NCBI GenBank assembly: GCA_963806035.1
Contig: CAWDWO010000033.1
Span: 30,918-94,917 of the forward strand
Direction of reading: 5' to 3'
Length of the DNA: 64,000 nucleotides
Source of the DNA: Candidatus Krumholzibacteriota bacterium
GTDB taxonomy: Bacteria; Krumholzibacteriota; Krumholzibacteriia; JAJRXK01
Part shown: one piece after another, positions 59,625 to 64,000 of the stretch
Position numbering within the stretch: position 1 is the first letter of the stretch
Layout: each line of letters starts with the position of its first letter
Made by a program: the position numbers and the translations under genes
The notes under the pieces: model-generated
Seen by the model: the letters and a program-made list of their open reading frames with translations, nothing else
Database searches by the model: none
What the model was told of the DNA's origin: nothing

Positions 59625-62393
59625 TCAGGCGCTGAGAGAGGGCACGGTTGCACCCTCGCGGACGTCCCACAGTCCAGCGCGGAGAATCTCGTGAGGGCGC
59701 AGCTGAAGAGTGTCGTCGCCGAGGAGCGCGCGCAGCACCTCCACCGGCTTGACGGAATAGCTGAGATCGATGCGCAGGCGCAAAAAGAGGCAGGGCGAGG
59801 GTAAGCTCGCAGCCAGCGCTCCGGGAAGACGGCCCCTGTCCTCCTGCGTGGCGACCCGAAGCTCCTCGACCACGGCCCGCGCGTCGACGACACGCTCCTT
59901 GCGTTTGCGCAGAAGCGTGATCTCGTGCGAGTCACGAGCGAGGAAGCGCTCGATGCCCTCCTGCCATTCTGCTTCGGACCAATTTGAGAATGGCTCGCCC
60001 AGGCCGGCGATTTTCAAGAAATAGTCGGCGCGCGCCAGGCACTTGCTGAGACCGGGCTCTCCCTCATCCAGGATGCGGCATCCGGTGAAGACGAGACCCT
60101 CCTCGCTGACCTCGTTGAGACGTCGCAGAATCTCCTGCGGAGCAATCCGCTCGCGGAGTTTCACCTCGGCCAGTTCTCCCGCGCTCTCGATGCCCAGAGA
60201 CAGGGCGGGCCCGAAGGAGACGGCCGGTTTGGGATGGTAGCCCTGCGTGTAGTACACCGGCAGCTGAGCTCGCCTCAAGGTGCGGGGAAACTTGCGCACC
60301 AGATCGAGGTGTCCGGTGAGGGCGTCGGCGCCGGTTTTCTGGAACTGGAGCCGTACCCGCACCGGGGTTCCCTGCTGGAAGTCGTGGGGCGCCGCTCCCC
60401 GGTTGGGCGCGGAAGCCGCGGCGACTTCCTCGGTCTCCTCGTCCGGGTGGTGGCTGGGTTCGAGAGCGCCGAGGGATCGCAAGTAGTCAGCGCGCTCCTC
60501 GCGCATGGCGTTCATGTCACACGCGACGCCGCAGTTGTAGCAGACGAGCTTACGCTGATCGGCTTCGTGCTCGGCCAGATTCGTGTGGTGCACCTGAGCG
60601 CCGACCGGCTTTCCGCAGGGCGGCGCCAAACGCCCGCGCATGGAAATCCGGTAGTCGCGCAGCAAGAACTTCGGATCCAGGGCCATGTCGAGATGGTCCC
60701 AGGGCAGCCGTACGTCAGTGGGGATGGTCCCCAGATAGAGGGCGGGGTCGATACCGCTCTCCTCGATGGCCTCTCTCCACGCATCCCACTGCAGAAGTTC
60801 ATTCCACCCGTCGAAACGCGCGCCTTTTCGCCAGGCGGACTCGATGACCTCAGCCACGCGCCGGTCGCCGCGTCCGATGAGTCCCTCCAGGAAAGAGGTG
60901 CGCGGGTCGTGCCGGCGAAACTCCAGCCGATGGCGGCGGGCGAGCTGGAACAGAATGTCCTGCTTGCGCTCGATTTCGCCGATGGAATCCATGGCCGCCC
61001 ACTGAAAGGGAGTGTGCGGCTTGGGCACGTGACTGCTCACGGCCACGGTAACGCCGGCCTTGCCGTGATGATAGCCGCGACCGATCTCCTTCATTCTGTG
61101 GCCCAGCTCCATGATTCCGCTCACGTCATCGTCTTCTTCGCTGGGCAGGCCGATCATGAAATAGAGCTTCATGCGCTTCCAGCCGCGCGAGAATACGCGA
61201 TGGGCGGTGCGCGTGATGTCGTCCTCGCTGATGTTCTTGTTGATGACGTCACGCATGCGCTGCGTGCCCGCCTCGGGCGCGAAAGTAAGTCCCGTGGCGC
61301 GCACGCTGGAAATTTCGTCCAGGAGTTCTTCGTCCAGTCCGTAAGCGCGCAGGGACGCAATGGAGAGCGAGACCTTCTCCGGGCGCAGCTTCTCCATGAC
61401 GCGCTTGATGAGCGGAGAGATGCAGGAATAGTCCGCGGTACTCAGGGTCGTGAGTCCCGCCTCGTCGTAGCCGCCCTTTTCCAGCGCGGAAACCAGGGTG
61501 TCGACGATTTGCTGGGGCTCGCGCTCCCGCACGGGCCGATAGATCATCCCCGCCTGGCAGAAGCGGCACCCCTCGGTGCAGCCACGCGCGATCTCCACGC
61601 TCATTCTGTCGAAAATGGCTTCCGCCGCCGCGACCGGCGAGTCGTCGGGGAAGGGAAAACGATCGAGATTCTCCACGATGCAACGGCGCGGATGCGCGGG
61701 GATCTGAGAGTAGCGCGGCCCGGTCACCACTTCGAAACCGCCGCGGTCGACCACCGCGGTCGCATAGAGCGCGGGGCAGTAGAGTCCGTCCAGCTTTGCC
61801 AGCTCGAGCAGAGTTTCGTGTCGCGAGAGTCCTTGCTCCTTGCAGTCCGCCAGTTTCGTGAGCAGCTCGGGCAGTTTCTCCTCGGCGTCGCCGACGAGAA
61901 AGACGTCGACGAAGGGCGCAAGGGCCTCGGGCTGCGTGGCCACCGGTCCGCCGGCAAGGATCAGCGGATGGCTCTCGTCCCTCGCATCAGCACGCAGGGG
62001 AATTCCGCACAAATCCAGAATGTTCAGCAGATTGGTGAAGGTGAGTTCGTACTGCAGGGAGAATCCAACCGCGTCGAATTCGGCCAGATTACGGTGGGTC
62101 TCCAGGGAGAGAACGGGAAGTCCGCGCTTGCGCAGCTGGGCCTCCATGTCCGGCCAGGGCGCGAAGGCCCTCTCACAGAGCATGTCCTTTCGCTTATTGA
62201 CCAGCGAATAGAGAATCTTGGTGCCCAGATGGCTCATCCCGATGTCATAGAGATCGGGGAAAGCCAGGGCCAACTGCACGCGGACCGCCCTCGGATCCTT
62301 CACGACCTGGTTGTATTCGCCACCGATGTAGCGGGCCGGTTTTTCGACCTCGTGGAGGAAGGAAGCGTAAGGATGCGCTTTCAGACTGGTCAT
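59625..62393 (-). CDS. TIGR03960-type B12-binding radical SAM protein fused to a TIGR03936/DUF2344 domain
   Basis: KPARYIGGE, FPDLYDIGMSHLG, RGCTEGCRFC, FAPEAG, PKPHTPFQW; C-terminal GHLD...YTQGYHPKP...GPALSLG. Confidence 0.88.
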   Translation of the reverse strand: MTSLKAHPYASFLHEVEKPARYIGGEYNQVVKDPRAVRVQLALAFPDLYDIGMSHLGTKILYSLVNKRKDMLCERAFAPWPDMEAQLRKRGLPVLSLETHRNLAEFDAVGFSLQYELTFTNLLNILDLCGIPLRADARDESHPLILAGGPVATQPEALAPFVDVFLVGDAEEKLPELLTKLADCKEQGLSRHETLLELAKLDGLYCPALYATAVVDRGGFEVVTGPRYSQIPAHPRRCIVENLDRFPFPDDSPVAAAEAIFDRMSVEIARGCTEGCRFCQAGMIYRPVREREPQQIVDTLVSALEKGGYDEAGLTTLSTADYSCISPLIKRVMEKLRPEKVSLSIASLRAYGLDEELLDEISSVRATGLTFAPEAGTQRMRDVINKNISEDDITRTAHRVFSRGWKRMKLYFMIGLPSEEDDDVSGIMELGHRMKEIGRGYHHGKAGVTVAVSSHVPKPHTPFQWAAMDSIGEIERKQDILFQLARRHRLEFRRHDPRTSFLEGLIGRGDRRVAEVIESAWRKGARFDGWNELLQWDAWREAIEESGIDPALYLGTIPTDVRLPWDHLDMALDPKFLLRDYRISMRGRLAPPCGKPVGAQVHHTNLAEHEADQRKLVCYNCGVACDMNAMREERADYLRSLGALEPSHHPDEETEEVAAASAPNRGAAPHDFQQGTPVRVRLQFQKTGADALTGHLDLVRKFPRTLRRAQLPVYYTQGYHPKPAVSFGPALSLGIESAGELAEVKLRERIAPQEILRRLNEVSEEGLVFTGCRILDEGEPGLSKCLARADYFLKIAGLGEPFSNWSEAEWQEGIERFLARDSHEITLLRKRKERVVDARAVVEELRVATQEDRGRLPGALAASLPSPCLFLRLRIDLSYSVKPVEVLRALLGDDTLQLRPHEILRAGLWDVREGATVPSLSA

Positions 62394-62444
62394 GGCTCAG
62401 CGAATCGAAACGGGGGAAAGAACAAATCTAGGCAGAGCGCCGCT

Positions 62445-63989
62445 TCAGCGCATGGAAGAAACCACGGTTTCCGTGGGCCGCGGGCTGGAATTACGGCGGG
62501 TCAGCTCGCGCCGGGTCAAATCCTTGAAGAGCTGGTAACGCCGCAAGACCTGCCGGACGTAGGCCACGGTCTCGGTGCCCCGAACGTAGCCGTAACGAAC
62601 CTGGCGATGATATTCGGGCTTGCGCAAGAGCAGCAAGCTCTCTTCCACCGAACCGTCCCAGCGGTTGGGATCCTTTTCGCGCATGACGGAGAGGATGCGG
62701 GCATCGTCGACGTGGCCCATTCCCGCGTTGTAGGCCGCCAGCGTGAACTTCAAGCGCTGCTTGTCAGGAAGGTAGCTGTATGCGTCGTAAAGCTTGCGCA
62801 GGAATGCCGCACCGACATCGAGATTCACTGCGGGGATTTTGAGGCTATCGGCGCAAGCACGGTGCGCGGTGGGCATGACTTGCATGAGCCCAACCGCTCC
62901 CGCCCAGGAGGTGCGATTCGGATCGAAGTGACTCTCCTGAAAACAGACGCTGGCCAAAAGCCGCCAGTCGAGATCGTGATCATCCGCGGCCTTCTGCAGA
63001 AGATCATCATAAGGAGAGATCCGGCCGGTGCGCGCGACGTGGAACGGATTTTCCGCGCGACGCAGAATTTGCCGTTCGTCCTTGAAATATTTGTCGACCA
63101 GAACGTTGTACAGTTTCGAACCGGCGACATCGCCGTTTTCCTTGATCGAGTAGTTGCGCGCGAGGAAGCGGTTGACCGCGGCCAGTAGTTTGGGGCTGTT
63201 CTTTCTGGTGGCCCAACTCACGCTCTGATTCTCGCCCAGAGCAAAGGCGATGGAGAGCTCGGGGCGCAGGGTCATCGCGGCGCGCGCGACGCGACTGCTC
63301 GCGATCGCGGCTTGATAGGTTCCGTCGGCGACCATGTCCAAAATGTCCTCGGTCGAAACGTCCGGCGGAAGATAGACGATGCCCACGTCGATGCCGCGGA
63401 TTCTCAGCTGAGTCAGAAGCTCCTGCTCGTTGGAGTAGCGCTGTACCGCCACCACGCGGCCCTGGAGGTCCTTCTCGCTGCGGTAGAAGTGCAGGTAGTC
63501 GTGCGGGACCACGAGTACCGGTTGAATTTCGTTGTAGGGCCGGCTGAAGGCGGCTGCCTTCCTCAGCGACTCGGTGGGAACGATGGGCGCGGCGACCAGA
63601 TCGCCCAGGCCACGGTTGAGCATACTCAACATGCTACTCTGGCTGTCGGCCACCACGACCTCGAGCTTCACTTGCAGCTCTTTGGCCAGATCGTTGGCCA
63701 GCTCGTATTCGAAGCCCAGCTCCTCACCGCGCAGAATCAAATACGAGCTGCTGTTGTTGCGCGTGAGAATGCGCAAAACTCCAGACGCGCGAATCGCATC
63801 GAGATCGCGATCCACCGTGGGCTCGTTCACCGCGATGCTGGTATCGGTCTCTTCGTGTCCGGGTTGGGGCGGCTGTGTGCCGCACGAGGACAAGAGGCCG
63901 AGCAGTGCCACTGAAAACAGCACACCCCCGCCCATGATGCGAAGCATCCACTGAGCGATCAAATGGTCCTGCCGTTGGCGTGGCGTCAT
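62445..63989 (-). CDS. mltF: Membrane-bound lytic murein transglycosylase MltF-like (SBP and SLT domains)
   Basis: GFEYELA (SBP); QESHF, GAVGLMQ, AAYNAG and ETVAYV (SLT); lipobox-like LSSC. Confidence 0.85.
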   Translation of the reverse strand: MTPRQRQDHLIAQWMLRIMGGGVLFSVALLGLLSSCGTQPPQPGHEETDTSIAVNEPTVDRDLDAIRASGVLRILTRNNSSSYLILRGEELGFEYELANDLAKELQVKLEVVVADSQSSMLSMLNRGLGDLVAAPIVPTESLRKAAAFSRPYNEIQPVLVVPHDYLHFYRSEKDLQGRVVAVQRYSNEQELLTQLRIRGIDVGIVYLPPDVSTEDILDMVADGTYQAAIASSRVARAAMTLRPELSIAFALGENQSVSWATRKNSPKLLAAVNRFLARNYSIKENGDVAGSKLYNVLVDKYFKDERQILRRAENPFHVARTGRISPYDDLLQKAADDHDLDWRLLASVCFQESHFDPNRTSWAGAVGLMQVMPTAHRACADSLKIPAVNLDVGAAFLRKLYDAYSYLPDKQRLKFTLAAYNAGMGHVDDARILSVMREKDPNRWDGSVEESLLLLRKPEYHRQVRYGYVRGTETVAYVRQVLRRYQLFKDLTRRELTRRNSSPRPTETVVSSMR

Positions 63990-64000
63990 GGTTGCGTGAC

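Noticed and set aside
60234..63188. 984-aa plus-strand ORF
   Set aside because: Antisense shadow of the radical SAM and mltF genes; no motifs.

Overview
High-GC bacterial chromosome window spanning the replication origin. The core cluster is parB-parA-[6x parS]-rsmG-jag-yidC-yidD-rnpA-rpmH on the minus strand and dnaA-[oriC]-dnaN-recF-dciA-gyrB-gyrA on the plus strand. The left flank holds a membrane-anchored MutS-like gene that runs off the window, a HIT protein, an ECF sigma/anti-sigma/Spy module, a secreted protein, bactofilin and an M23 peptidase. The right flank holds the three-part transhydrogenase (pntAa-pntAb-pntB), tRNA-His with hisS, an SGNH/MBOAT acylation pair, two radical SAM enzymes, gltA, degP, two large VPS10/BNR-repeat secreted proteins, an NTT-like transporter operon, a STAND-TPR protein and MltF. 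I found no CRISPR array, integrase or transposase. Five observations stand out. (1) The tRNA-His gene lacks the encoded G-1, has G1:U72 and A73, and sits directly upstream of a divergent HisRS like that of Caulobacter/Rhizobiales, in an organism that does not look alphaproteobacterial. (2) The DnaA boxes read TTATCCCCA rather than TTATCCACA, and a third box cluster lies about 7 kb from dnaA. (3) Six parS sites form a compact, regularly spaced array. (4) An operon joins an NTT-like transporter, a Tat-signal NAD(P) enzyme and an AEC permease. (5) A secreted protein ends in SWGxxKxxF, a candidate sorting motif that suggests, by inference only, an Eisenbacteria/Krumholzibacteriota/Latescibacterota-like lineage. 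gyrA and the gene next to it (about 23.5-25.5 kb) carry many indels that look like assembly artefacts. All calls come from reading motifs by eye; no searches were run.
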